The notes under the pieces were generated by a model. That model saw only the letters and a program-made list of their open reading frames with translations. It made no database searches and had not been told where the DNA came from. Below, piece after piece: positions 1 through 9,846 of a stretch of DNA of 64,000 nt (the first letter of the stretch is position 1; each line of letters starts with the position of its first letter). The stretch is taken from NCBI GenBank assembly GCA_020137815.1, contig CM035357.1, forward strand, positions 2,294,001-2,358,000. Direction: 5' to 3'. The DNA is from Hormiphora californensis. Its lineage: Eukaryota > Animalia > Ctenophora. The translations under genes were made by a program, and so were the position numbers.

Positions 1-114
1 TTCATTCATCAATGTCATTTTAGCAGCCGTAACTAAATTTTGAGTCACCTGACATTGTTCCTGTAATATGGCTAATCCAAACTAAAAGACCCCAAATAGT
101 AACATTTCCAATAG

Positions 115-3100
115 GGTGTGGTTGATGGAGAGGTAGTATCTTACTGGCATCCAAATATCACTATTTCCTTCTTGGATGACCAACGTCTTTGGTCAACATC
201 CCAACCGATTGCCCCTCCCTTCGACAAGTGTAAGTGTTACCACGACTCAAATATCCTTAGAATCCCGAATAATGAGTTCAGAGCAAGAATTAAATAGGGA
301 AGAAAATCGAAAAATACTGGGTTTGACCGGGAATTGAACCAGGGACCTCCAGAGAGACATGCTCGGAGCTATACCACTAAGCTACCAAACCCTATGTACT
401 GATCGCATTTCATCACTCTATATTCAAGCTCCTGCCCTTAACTAGACACCATGTGATAAAGGGAAGTAATTTTGATATCTCCTTCTGGTGATCAACACAC
501 ACACACGCCCTCTGTACAACAGTTTCCCTGGTTCAATTCCCGGTCAAACCCAGTATTTTTCGATTTTCTTCCCTATTTAATTCTTGCTCTGAACTCATTA
601 TTCGGAATACTAATTAATCTCTCCTTAACCGAGTTCTGCCCGTGTATGTGTGAGATTCCCCATTAAACTGTTGTACAGAGGGCGTGTGTGTGTGTTGATC
701 ACCAGAAGGAGATATCAAAATTACTTCCCTTCATCCTTAGAATCGTCTCACATTTCATAATGTTTTAACATTTCTATCTCCCGTGTAGAGAGAGTGACCC
801 TGTGGATGGTGATCTCACGTAGTTCAGAATTTCCTATCTCCCTGTTTTCTCACCTATCTGTCGAGTGTAATCCCCTCGGTCCCGTTCCGTCACTACGCGG
901 CGCGCGCGGATTAAACTCTGTAGAATAGTTCACAAGTGTCAGCAGTGGAACGCGCAGCACTTACGTCAGTAACTCCCGGATGTCGTTCTCAGTATCTCTC
1001 TCTCGAGCATGTGTTTTTTCGAGTTCGGTTTAGCGGGAAAAAGTAAGGGGTTCATGGTTCCTTATCTAAGAACACACATACTACTACACTTGCGTTTTCC
1101 TTTTTTTATAACTCTCATCTTTTTATAATTTCCCTCCTTTTTTACAGGGGTCGACATAGATCCAGAGACCATGCAATACAAGCCCATTCTCTATATCAAC
1201 GATTATTGGGATCTTGCATCTGATATGTTCCCCGTAAATAACACTGTCGAGTAAGTTGTCAGGGGAGAGAGCTAGTAGGTAGAATGGGGGTATATTTAAT
1301 GGGACACGTTAGAATTCAAATATCCTTCTTTCATTTTATACAACCTTTTTGCATTTGTAACATCTGTTTTATTTCAGTGTTTTACCCCTTTCGATCACAT
1401 ATGCCCCCATCTCCATCTTCTACTTCCAAATTTATGAGGCTCAGAAAATGCAGAAAGATTGGAATAAAATGTTTGGTAAGTTTCAATCACACTTTATTAT
1501 GTGGTTCAGTTATCTCTCCCCCCCCCCCCGCGTTGTAACCCGATTATAAGCGGTAACCCCCTTTTTAACCCCCTCCTCGCGTTGTAACCCCTATTATATC
1601 CTCATTGTAACCCCTCCTCCTAATTGTAACCCTATTGTAACCCCATATTATCCTGCTAGGTGTTGGTGAAGCTAGTGAGGAAGAGAATGACATTGTAAAA
1701 AGGACTATGATGGAAACTAATCCTGTAATCCTTGGTCTGACTATTGTCGTATCCCTGATTCACACCGTTTTCGAGTTCCTGGCATTCAAAAATGGTATGA
1801 GTTTTTTGTAAATTGTACGTCTGTCCGTTTATTGAAGGCCTTTTTTCGGCCACGTCGACTGAGAGAAACACTGTAACTTTGCCCCTAGCTGATAAGAATG
1901 TTAGGGGTTTTTATAACAACAAGATAAGACGTGGGCGTATTCAATTTCTATTTTTAACATCCCGAATAACATACTACCCCACCCCAGATATTCAGTTCTG
2001 GAAATCCCGGCAATCCCTCGAGGGCCTCTCCGTCAGGTCCATCCTGTTCAACATCTTCACCCAGTTAATTGTGGTCCTGTATGTCCTGGATAATGATACT
2101 AATACAATGGTGGTCATTAGTGTGTGTGTGGGGCTGGTGATTGAGTTTTGGAAGATTACTAAAGTCATGGATGTATCGGTAAGAGCTCTTGATAAAATGA
2201 TCAACTGATTAACTTTTTTACCTCTTCTAACACTTATTTTCTCGTGTTTCTACCATATTATTCACTCAAAAGCATCTCTCTTTCTCTCCTTCTATCTCTG
2301 ATATCTCTTATCCCCGCAGGTAGATTTTGCGAACCCATGGTTCGGTATTATTCCCGCACTGAGGATCGCAGATAAGAGTAGTTACGCTGAGTCGCCTACA
2401 AAGATGTATGATAGGGTGAGTTTGAACTTTTGATTTCTTATTCTTTGTCTCAGAGGTGAGCTGTTTTTGACTTTTGACTTAAGTATTCTAGGACTGCCAC
2501 CACGCACCCCCAGATGCACCCCCCCCCCTATGCCCCGTGTTTTATTAGATGAAGATGTCGACTTTTCAAACTGCGTCGTGGGCAACATAATCCTAACCCC
2601 CTAACTCTCTCTCAGTTAGCATTCAAGTATCTGTCCTGGGTTCTAACCCCCTAACTCTCTCAGTTAGCATTCAAGTATCTGTCCTGGGTTCTAACCCCCT
2701 AACTCTCTCTCTCAGTTAGCATTCAAGTATCTGTCCTGGGTTCTAACCCCACTATTAGTGGGGTATGCTATCTACTCCCTGCTGTATGAGGAGCATAGGG
2801 GCTGGTATAGTTGGACGCTCAATATGTGCTACGGGTAAATATTGTCGTTAATTATTATTATTGTCGTTAATTATTATTATATGGTGATTAGTTATGGGGG
2901 GGGGGGGTCCAGCCCTAAAAAGCTAAGCTATCGGCCAAAATCAGGGTACCTTTAGCTTTTTTTAGCTTTTCTTAGCTTTTCTTAGCTTTTTTTAGCCTTT
3001 TTTAGCTTTTCTTAGCTTTTTTTAGCTTTTTTTAGGCTAAAAAAGCTAAAAAAAGCTAAAAAAAAAAAGCTAAAATTGAGTTTTTAGTGGATTCATATAG

Positions 3101-5062
3101 GTTCGAATCCCGCTGACGCCAAATTTTTTAAACTTTTATTATAACGTTTTATAACGTTTTTTGAACTTTTTTAAAACTATTTTTATCAAATTTGAATAAT
3201 ATTTTTATCGAAAAAATGTCTCCAGAAAATGGCAGTAGGGGTGGATACAGAAATTGCTATGTATGGACATAAACGGTAGATTATGGTAAAAAAATGTGCA
3301 GGAAATGAACAAATGCAGTCAATAGACGTCCGGAAGGATGAAAATTTAAGGTAGGCGGTAAATGTTAACCAGATCTGAGAGAAAACGTACGTGCAAAACC
3401 ACGTTTTTGTCCATAACTCAGTCATTTCTTGACCAATTTGCAAAATCTTGGGCGCGTTGGAAAGAGGACATTGAGCTCTTTCAAATGAGCCCAATAAAAC
3501 TAAAATCGGCGCAAAATGCGCGGCGTCATGGCGCAAAATGCGCGTTTTCGCCACCTCGCCGTGCAATTTGCGCCAATTTTCATTTTCTTGAGCTCATTTG
3601 AGAGATCTCAATGTCCTCTTTCCAATGAGCCAAAGATTTTGCAAATTGGTCAAGAAATGGCTGAGTTATGGGCAAAAACGTGCGAAATTCTCACAGATCT
3701 GGTTAACATTTACCGCCTACCAAAATTTAATGGAAAAGTGTCAAGATGAATGCTGAAAAAACATAAAAAGTAGGGCTAAAAAAAGCTAAAAAAAGCCAAC
3801 ATAAAAAAAGCAATCGACCAAAATCAGGGTACCTTTAGCTTTTTTAGGGCTGGACCCCCCCCCCCCCCCCAGTTATCAATTATGGGTAAAATATTTAGGC
3901 ATTGATGTGCTAAATGTTTTGGGTAACGAACCCTTAATTCTACAACCCTTGTAATTTATCACCCCCCTCCCTTGGTATCGAAGACACCTCACACTTTGTG
4001 CGCGCTGGCAAGGAGTAACTTCGTAACCAACCCCCTCCCCAGGTATCTGCTGATGTTTGGTTTCATCATGATGACCCCTCAACTCTTTATCAACTACAAA
4101 ATGAAGAGTGTCGCCCACCTACCCTGGAGGATGTTAACGTACAAGGCGCTAAACACCTTCATTGATGATCTCTTTGCGTTTGTTATTAAAATGCCAACAC
4201 TGTACCGGCTGGGATGTTTCAGGGACGGTGAGTAGACTTGATCCTTTAGCTTTCAGTGAGACAACGCAGCGTGTCTAGCTTGACTCTGTTTAGAACATAA
4301 AAACGCGGGGGAGAGAGAAGGATTATCTGAGAAAGCGGGAGAGAGATATATGGTTTGCTTCTCAAGTCCTGGGCAACAATTTCCTTTTTGCAAGACCATG
4401 CTAAGTACCCCACCCCTAACCCCCACCCTATATATTTCAGATATTATATTCTTCATCTATCTGTACCAGCGTTATAAGTACAGGGAAGATCCCAACAGAG
4501 TGAACGAGTTTGGAACTAGTGGAGCTCATCCTGAGGGTGTGCCAGTAGAGGCTGAGATGGATGCTGAGGGTATGTTGAAAGTTGATTGTTTGTTTGTTTT
4601 TTAGCTTTTGGTATCGAAATTACCCCTCAACACGAGATAGGGGTGACTTCGTATACCAAGTTTGCAGTGAGTGAAATGGAAGAAGGATCGAGACAATTGT
4701 TGACTGTTGAGTGTATTACTGCACACTGTGTAGGGATGTTTGAGCGCTAATGGCCTCATAACAACTTTTTATGTGACTCACCATGTAATGACAGTGGTCC
4801 ATGCTGTGTGTATTAGTCATGTGAGTGTGTCCACCATCATTCTCTCTCCCCAACTAGTAGTGATATCACTCCAGTAGTAATAATATTATTATATTTCTCA
4901 TAACCAGTGGCACTAACTGGTACTACCATTTCTCCCTCCTCCTCTCGAATGACGTCACAAACTCTCTGAATAAGGCCTCACTCGACTCAAACCCTCTTCT
5001 TTTCAGGGACGATAAAGTTACCAGATCAACCCAAGGCCGTTGAAGCGAAGAAGAACGAGTAG
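115..5062 (+). CDS. CLPTM1: Cleft lip and palate transmembrane protein 1 (lipid scramblase family), 3' portion; 5' exons lie outside the window
   Basis: Phase-compatible GT-AG exons 115-229, 1148-1250, 1378-1475, 1660-1794, 1988-2178, 2320-2415, 2716-2834, 4043-4227, 4441-4569, 5007-5062(TAG). Motifs: SYWHPNITI, YKPILYINDYW, ETNPVILGLT..HTVFEFLAFKNDIQFW, PQLFINYKMKSVAHLPWRMLTYKALNTFIDDLFAFVIKMP, RVNEFG. Confidence 0.95.
265..732. mobile_element. tRNA-containing retroposon-like insertion with internal inversion, in a CLPTM1 intron
   Basis: Flanked by 12-bp direct repeat ATCCTTAGAATC (253-264, 733-744). 265-345 is the reverse complement of 526-606, and ~459-525 of ~665-731. Pseudo-tRNA at 318-392 (-). 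Confidence 0.65.
318..392 (-). pseudogene. tRNA-like sequence (pseudo-tRNA / SINE head)
   Basis: Minus strand GGGTTTGGTAGCTTAGTGGTATAGC...CCTGGTTCAATTCCCGGTCAAACCCA has A box, B box and acceptor-stem pairing. The anticodon loop CATGTCT is non-canonical. Confidence 0.6.
2592..2750 (+). repeat. Tandem triplication of a CLPTM1 3' splice site plus first exon codons
   Basis: Three ~50-bp copies of ctaacccc-ctaactctct(ct)n-cag|TTAGCATTCAAGTATCTGTCCTGGGTT, with acceptors before 2616, 2664 and 2716. Confidence 0.9.
2896..3870. mobile_element. Non-autonomous TIR element with poly-G/poly-C termini
   Basis: G(n)TCCAGCCCTAAAAAGCTAA ... TTAGCTTTTTTAGGGCTGGAC(C)n. 6-bp direct repeat AGTTAT at 2890-2895 and 3871-3876. 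Internal TTAGCTTTT repeats. Confidence 0.8.
3350..3721. mobile_element. Palindromic Mutator-like MITE nested in the previous element
   Basis: TIR GGTAGGCGGTAAATGTTAACCAGATCTG with long imperfect arms. 9-bp TSD AAAATTTAA (3341-3349, 3722-3730). Relatives at 48810-49166; core shared with 13980-14359. Confidence 0.88.
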
Positions 5063-5425
5063 ACTGTGTGTTATGTATATCAAGACTTTTCACAGTCTGC
5101 TTCATGGAGCTGCTGTGATATTGTTTGAGAGTGTGTGTGTAAGGGGGGAAGTGGATACAACCCCTCGCGAGAAGTCTATATTTAAATTATTGACACAATT
5201 TTGAAATGTTATTTTCAGATCTTTTACAGCTGTCAAAATACCGCGTGTTATTATTATTATCATATGTCCCTGGTCTGTGTGGCGGTGTCTTCCCAATCTG
5301 AGTGAATGATTGTCTGTACATTATCAAAACGGGGTCGTCGACGTCACCACTGTTTAGGCTTTAGTCTCCCACATTTCTGGGATTGAGCACCAGCCGTCAC
5401 TTTCCCTGGGATGCATACTCTGTTT

Positions 5426-5693
5426 TGTAACAAACTGACTATGACAGGGAACGGTTCGAGGAATGACCGCGGTGGTGGTGAAGACTGTCATGTGATATTT
5501 GTTCGTCTGTCTATTCCTGTCACGCGCGAAAAGAGCTGTGCTTTCAATTCGCGCGCGCGCTCTCTGCTAGTCCCGTTGGCTCTATTTGCCTGGTTTGTCC
5601 CGGAGATGTTTTTCTCGGAACAAGCAAGGCGCTTGTTGGGTCCTTGTGTTTCAAAATCATAAACGTTGTCTTTTGTAATAAAACTGGTATACA
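5426..5693 (+). mobile_element. Possible solo LTR
   Basis: TGTAA...TATACA ends, GC-rich core, AATAAA about 10 nt before the 3' end. No TSD found. Confidence 0.25.
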
Positions 5694-6231
5694 AAAATCA
5701 TTGGACAATTATATTTTCATTAACATTAATACCCAGGAAAAAAAGGTGCACGAACATCGCCACGCACAACTCAAAGTATAGTAGCTAGCGAAAATCTAAC
5801 CTTTTTAGACGAAATCTACGCAAAACTCTTTTGAAACCAGTTCCATTTACAACACACACACACAATCGCAAAGTTATTGGTGATGCGACTGAGGAGAGGG
5901 GGTGTAAAATTTTCAAATGTATATTCATCACAATGATTTCATTCGAATGCGGCTGCCCAAATGTGACCGCCCAAAACAAAAAACATGAAATCTCTTAACA
6001 CAGATAATGGTCTCTTTAATTAACTTTGACACTCATATATCTTCCATACACGATCCTGCACAGCTAGAGAAAAATGCAAAAACATTTTGGAAAGCTTTGA
6101 ACGAAAACTTGTCAAGAGAGAAATAGCAGACACTCACACACACAATATACACGCACATTCAAGTTTAAGAGAGAGAGAGGAAAATCCAAAAGGAAAGGGG
6201 TAGATTTTGAATTGTCATCTTCGTCATCCCT

Positions 6232-9026
6232 TTACTTTCTTGTCTGCTTTTTGTTTTTTGAAATTATCCACTGCATCGTGATGTCTGGAGGGAAAACAAA
6301 AATTAGCAGGGGACAAGGGAGATGGGGAAACTAAAATTAGTAGGGGACAAGGGAGGTGAGGGGAAATCGTTGAAAGTAGCAGGGGAAAAGGCAGATGGGG
6401 AACCCACAATTAGTAGGGGACAAGGGAGTAAAAACAAAGTGGGGAAGACAAAAATTTGTCTGTATTATTGTGCGAAATGATGTGATGGATAATTTTGGCA
6501 AATCGCAGTGTGTTTTAGTGTAGAATTGTTGACACACATCTGCCAGAGAGAGAGAGAGAGAGAGAGAGAGTGACAGATATTATTATATACATACCAAGAT
6601 TGTGTTTATCCTTGCAGGAGATGGAGTAGCATGCGATCTCCCGCTCTGTAACCAGGTTCAATTCCCTGTGTGGGAGAGAGAGGAGAGGTTAGTTATCTTG
6701 AAACGAGATGTTTTGTTTAGTGCATGCTCCAGATAACACTGTCTAGCACTTCTGCCAGCATCTGAATCTCTTCATAGATCAAAATACCATGATTCTATGT
6801 CTCATGTGTTCAAATATATAGGTAAACATCTCGATTTTAAAATGACTATAAAGTCAACTGTCACAGACACGCACCATTAAACCACAACAAATCTTACATT
6901 TTCTCGATGAGTGCGGTCTCGTCAAATGAGTTGGGCAAATCACGCTTATTGCCCAACACCAGAACCTGAGAAAAAGGATATATTATGTAGATGATACCAC
7001 CACTCACCAGTCATAAAATATGATATTTGATCGTATGTTTTGATGTTATTAACATGTCTTGATCGTATGTTGTTAACATGTTTTGATGTTAAATCTAATG
7101 CCTTAACATGTTTTGATGTTAAATCTAATGTTTCTGCTCACCGGTATTCCAGCTAGTTGGGGTTTGGACAACAGTCCATGTAACTCCTGTCTACTACATT
7201 CCAATCTCTCGTGATCAGCTGCATCCACCATGTAGACGATACAGGATACACCCCTGCAGTATCTCTCCCACATAGTTCTGAATCGGGGCTGACCTCCTAT
7301 ATCCCATAGCTGGGGGAGAGGGAGGGTGGTTAGTACTTAGTTGGCAGGGGAATGCGAATTTAGCAATTATCCAACAATAAATTAAGAAATTACCCCACAA
7401 CTAATTAAGCAATATTCCAATACATACCTTGATAGTAACGTTTCCCTTGTTAATTTTCCTCATGTTGAAGCCCACAGTGGGGATCATATCCTCGTTGAAT
7501 TGACCCGACTGGTGAGAATGAGAAATGAAGATGGTGAGAATGAGAAATTAGGACATTGCCCAGACTTGGGTAACAACTAACAACTTTGTGACAGGTAAAA
7601 TCTAACTTACAGCAAGAACGTTAACGAAAGTAGTTTTGCCACTGTTCTGCATCCCTACCAATGTCAATTCCATCTCTTCTCCAATAAAGTACTGAACATG
7701 TTTTATTAGATAGAAACTTCTAGTGCTTTCAACATTATAAAAGTTCCGCCGTCGATGGTTTGAAGGTGGTCATGGATGTCCTGTTATTACGGGTTCGAAA
7801 CGAACCAATACGTGATACCATGCCGAATCGGGGCACCCTAAGCGGGTGAGGAAGTATCAAAATTTCAAAATATCTTTTTCTCTCAAAATTTATGGGGAGC
7901 ACCGATCAAAGCATTGACAATCGTACTGTAAAATTTTGCAAAAAAAGTTTTAAATTTTATTTAAAGGTATATCAGCCACGTCCGAATCGTGTTTCGAATC
8001 GGTGCATCTTATCGATGTCCCGCTGCTAATTAGACGGTTCGGAACGAATCGAAACGTGATCCCCATCGAATCGAAATTTGACGCTTTGGGAACTTATGAT
8101 CAATGGCCCCATGGGAATCACGTATCAGTTCGTTCCGAACCGTCTAATTAGCAGCAGGACATGCGATAAGATTCACTGATTCGAAACACGATTCGGACGT
8201 GGCTGGTATTCCTTTGAAAAATTTTCAAAAAATTTTCAAAAAATTTTCAAAAAATTTTACAAAAAAATTCAAAAAAATTTTTGGGGGAAAAAAATCCTGC
8301 CACTAAATCGGGGTGCCACTAAATCGGGGGCCACTAAATCGGGGTCCGACTGTACCTTGATAGTAACGTTTCCCTTGTTAATTTTCCTCATGTTGAAGCC
8401 CACAGTGGGGATCATATCCTCGTTGAATTGACCCGACTGGGGTATAGGGATTATAATTTAGAGAGAAGATGGTGAGAATGAGAAATGAGGACATTGCCTA
8501 GACTTTGGGCACATTTAACTTGTTGGGTAACAACTAACAACGCCCAAAAGAACTTTGTGACAGAATATAATATCGGTAAAATCTAACTTACAGCAAGAAC
8601 GTTAACGAAAGTAGTTTTGCCACTGTTCTGCATCCCTACCAGTGTCAATTCCATCTCTTCCTTCCAGAAAAGTGACCTGAAATAGTTTATAGTGAACCTG
8701 GTGCTTCCTTAGCTTTCTAGTGCTGTACTAGAGGGGGAAGGGGCGCCGCCGTGAAGAATAGGGGGTCTTGAACAGTGAACACAAAGATACATGTATTGTA
8801 CTACTGAGTAGTGACTATAATAACAAAGTAGTAAATCAAAGAAGCCAAAAAAGCTTCAAAGGGTGTAACCATAAGGAGCAGGTTTTACAGAAAATAGTAA
8901 CATGGGGGCAGACCGCAGAAGCTGGAAGGGGTACCGTAGGGCATATTACTACAAGCCCTACAAGATTCATGGTGGTGATATAACTAACCTGATCCAGTCT
9001 AGTAGTCTCTGAAAAATACCGGACAT
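6232..9026 (-). CDS. ARL8: ADP-ribosylation factor-like protein 8 (lysosomal small GTPase)
   Basis: Exons 9026-8989, 8676-8592, 8436-8356 (or the identical-coding copy 7508-7428), 7309-7142, 6965-6898, 6665-6595, 6284-6232(TAA). Protein [82 protein letters not shown]. Confidence 0.95.
7960..8220. mobile_element. Palindromic MITE core between the duplicated ARL8 exon pairs
   Basis: ~7963-8064 is an imperfect reverse complement of ~8113-8215 (CAGCCACGTCCGAATCGTGTTTCGAATC / GATTCGAAACACGATTCGGACGTGGCTG). Confidence 0.7.
8298..8352 (-). mobile_element. End of a pogo/Tigger-like MITE inserted at the TA of an ARL8 splice donor
   Basis: Minus strand AAG|GTA-CAGTCGGACCCCGATTTAGTGG. Same terminus as the complete TA-flanked element at 43055-43226. 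Confidence 0.75.
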
Positions 9027-9711
9027 TGTGTCTTTTCTGAGTCAGCTGCTGTATAACTACTTGTGTGTATCACTTTCTCACTCTGATCGGTGGGGTCTTG
9101 GTGGAAGTGTAATCAGGTTAGATCATGCTATACACTAAACAAGAAAATATGTGGGTTAGTTCAAGTAATGTTTTTGTTCAAACAAAGAGTAAGGGTCAAG
9201 CTTGTTTTGTTCAAGCTCGAACAAGGCGAGGTCGAGTAAGCAAGGAAGAAATTATGGGTTAGAAGAAGCTGAGGAATATGGGGAAGGGGTAATGAGTAAT
9301 ATATACATGAGAAAAGCCGAATCTTTGAAAAATGAACATTCAAAAGTAGGTATTAGAATTAAAAGGTTGACAGACTTGTGATTAGAACAACGTTCAAAGA
9401 AAGTTAAACTCGACAAAGTCAATATATTTTTAATGAAAAGTTGATACCAGTCTACTAGCAGGGGAGTCTACACTCTACTCATGTCTCATGTTGTATTGAG
9501 AAAACTAAACTTCCAAAGTTTCAAGTGACGCACAATCTGGTGGTGTGTTAAACCAGGTCGGGTTTCGGCCCTTTCTCAAGTTTCCTTATCAGAACGACAT
9601 GTGTATTCTGTGGCCTCTCTCTTCTCCACCCCTCTATCTTATAACACACGTCACACCCTGTTTCTGAGTTCATCGGAATGTAAATGATAACCACATTATA
9701 ACGCTCTTCAT

Positions 9712-9839
9712 GTAACCATGGTAACGCTCCTCAATATATATTTGAAAACATGGTAACACATCACGACAAAGGTAACTATGGTAACACATCACGACAAAGG
9801 TAACCATGGTAACCATTCTCACGTTATAACCATGGTAAC
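9712..9839. promoter_or_regulatory. Cluster of RFX X-box-like palindromes
   Basis: GTAACCATGGTAAC (9712-9725, 9800-9813), GTAACTATGGTAAC (9772-9785), ATAACCATGGTAAC (9826-9839), plus a half site. Consensus is GTNRCC-N0-3-RGYAAC. Confidence 0.45.
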
Positions 9840-9846
9840 ACACAGG

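Noticed and set aside
318-392. Functional tRNA-Thr(TGT)
   Set aside because: The anticodon loop lacks U33 and purine 37, the stem is mismatched, and it lies inside a TSD-bounded insert.
784-1088. Solo LTR (TGTAG...CTACA)
   Set aside because: No TSD, no poly-A signal and no second copy in the window.
6337-6539. Alternative ARL8 last exon (DVCQQFYTK...)
   Set aside because: In frame with a plausible acceptor, but no resemblance to ARL8. Exon 6284-6232 gives the conserved DITxQW ending.
9545-9596. Minimal hammerhead-like motif CTTGAGAAAG-GGCC-GAAAC (-)
   Set aside because: No stem I pairing could be found and the core is non-canonical.
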